Below, one piece after another: positions 62,130 through 64,000 of a stretch of 64,000 nt of DNA. The notes beneath the pieces were generated by a model. That model ran no database searches. It worked only from the letters and a program-made list of their open reading frames with translations, and was not told the origin of the DNA. How positions within the stretch are numbered: the stretch's first letter is position 1; each line of letters starts with the position of its first letter. The position numbers and the translations under genes were made by a program. The DNA comes from Lepidodermella squamata (Eukaryota; Animalia; Gastrotricha): the NCBI GenBank assembly GCA_047495785.1, contig JBLDXI010000045.1, positions 496,001 to 560,000 on the forward strand, read 5' to 3'.

Positions 62130-64000
62130 TCAAGATCGAGGTGAGTTGCTAGCACCATTTATCGCTCCATTGATACCAGATATCGCTTGGGCGTATGCCT
62201 GCGTTGCGGCTTGACGGGCCTCGGCCGCCCTCGTCAGCATCTCTCGAATCTGGCGCAGAATATCAGGCCTTCGATTCGCCAATTCAAGCGGCGACTCCCC
62301 GGAAGCGCCAGTCGAAAGTGACGGATCAGCGTTGTTTCTGAGAAGAAAATCAACCGCCTCGAGTCGATTCCACTCCACGGCTGTGTAAAGCGGGCGTTGG
62401 TAGTCGAAATCGTGGGTGTTCACATCGGCCCCGGCTGTTACCCAGGCCTCGAGTTGACTGACGTCGTTCTGGGCTGCTAAACTGCACAACTCGTGAGACA
62501 ACTGCGTCGGCATCATATGCAAGTGAGCTCCCTTAAAATAACAACAAATAACAGTTATGTATCGAACGCTTCAGTGAACCAGCCCTAAATGCGATAAGGC
62601 AAAAGCTGACAATGGTTTGGTGCGACCCTAATTAATATTGCACGCTGTCTGAACTAGATAACTATTTACAAGAGTTATCTAGAAATTTTGACGTGCCAGG
62701 AAAATAACTCACAACAGTAAATAATACTCACCCCTCGTCTCAGCAATTCGATGATTTGAAGATGCCGACCTCGAACGGCATCTATTAAGGCGGTGTTTCC
62801 GAAACGATCTCGGGCGTGGACTGGCGAGCCACGCTCGAGTAAAAATTTCACGCAGTCAGTCGAGCCGTGGCCTGAGGCAACGTGTAGCGGTGTCCGGTTG
62901 TCATAATCCATCGTGGCGACCGAAGCACCCATCTCAACCATTGATTTCAAAACCCGAATATTATTATCTAAAATTTAAAAAAAAATCAAATGAAGAACTA
63001 ATAATTACAGCCAATTTCTCACCTTTCGCAGCCATGCACATGAGCGAAGGGTAAAGAGACTTGACCAAAACTTCCATGTCTTGCGACGAGCTGAAATTAA
63101 GGCCAAGTGAAGCCACAACACGGTGTAGGACATGACGCCGATCTGAGCTGTCACTCAGCGCCGAAGCGTCTTTACAATGCAGTTCGCCTCGTAGAGACCG
63201 CTGCAACATTTCTCGCTTAGTCGGCAAATCCCACTCATCCTTGCCGAGTACGTAGCTCAATTTCATCAAGGCACATTCTGGGGTCATATCATAGCCAGGC
63301 GTCACCCCCGCATCGATCAGCGCCCGCCCGGTTGCATAGAACGGCTCGACACCGCCCTTGTAACACTGAGTAATATTCAAAAATATCACACCTCGTTCTG
63401 ACGCTTCACGTATTGCTTTCAAAATATCAGCTCGAGAGTCAGGCCCATTCCCAGCGCCGTAGGTTTGAAGCACAATGCCTTTGATAGGCGGGCGGCAGAA
63501 GGCCTCGATCGTCTCAGCGGTCAACGTTGGGAACAATCTGAGCAAGGCGACATTTTGCGACATTCGCTTTTCGACCAGAAATTTTTCAAGAGCATTTTGA
63601 TTAAACAGCCCGGACCAATTCACAGTAATATCGACCTCAACCTCGGCCAGAGGCGTGCAGTTGGGAGACGCGAACGCACCGAAATTTGATGTGTGACACT
63701 TTGTAGCACAGCCTAAATGAGAAAATGACATAAAATCGATAATTTGTCACAGAGGAAAAACTTACAGCCTCTGAATAACTTATTAGAGAAGAAGATACAC
63801 ACTTCGGGGATACAGTAGTTCGCCGCAAGAGTTAGCGCTGCCAAAAAATTCGCCCTTCCATCACTCAGCGTCTCAAAAATAGGGATTTGTGAGCCAGTCA
63901 AGATGACAGGTTTCCCCAAATTTTCCAGCATGAATGCAAGCGCTGATGCCGTGTAAGCCATTGTGTCAGTGCCGTGCAGGACCACAAAGCCACTGTATTC
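62130..64000 (-). CDS. ASPG: L-asparaginase / 60 kDa lysophospholipase with C-terminal ankyrin repeats (5' end outside window)
   Basis: [49 protein letters not shown] and [11 protein letters not shown] ankyrin repeats. Confidence 0.93.

Overview
This is eukaryotic DNA, most likely from a compact invertebrate animal genome: genes are densely packed with ~45-60 bp GT-AG introns, and I saw no prokaryotic features. Conserved genes I can support are DESI2, FAAH, FoxN2/3, an M3A oligopeptidase homolog, FCHO, TOMM20, CHP1 and ASPG. They sit among many candidate innate-recognition or secreted genes: two paralogous 6-repeat Cys-rich secreted proteins, a secreted ankyrin-SRCR protein, degenerate trypsin-fold pseudo-proteases, a PAN/C-type lectin/kringle protein, a PQQ-like beta-propeller, two CUB-TM receptors and a divergent STAT. 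The most unusual item is a 7-exon gene (~1327 aa, reconstructed by hand) with the architecture TIR - NB-ARC-like - NB-ARC - ankyrin array - CaaX (CVIL), a candidate membrane-anchored NLR-like receptor. Several non-autonomous DNA transposons with identifiable TIRs/TSDs and a Gypsy integrase relic lie at 1.7-12 kb and in the FoxN intron. All gene models and family assignments were made by eye, without database searches.
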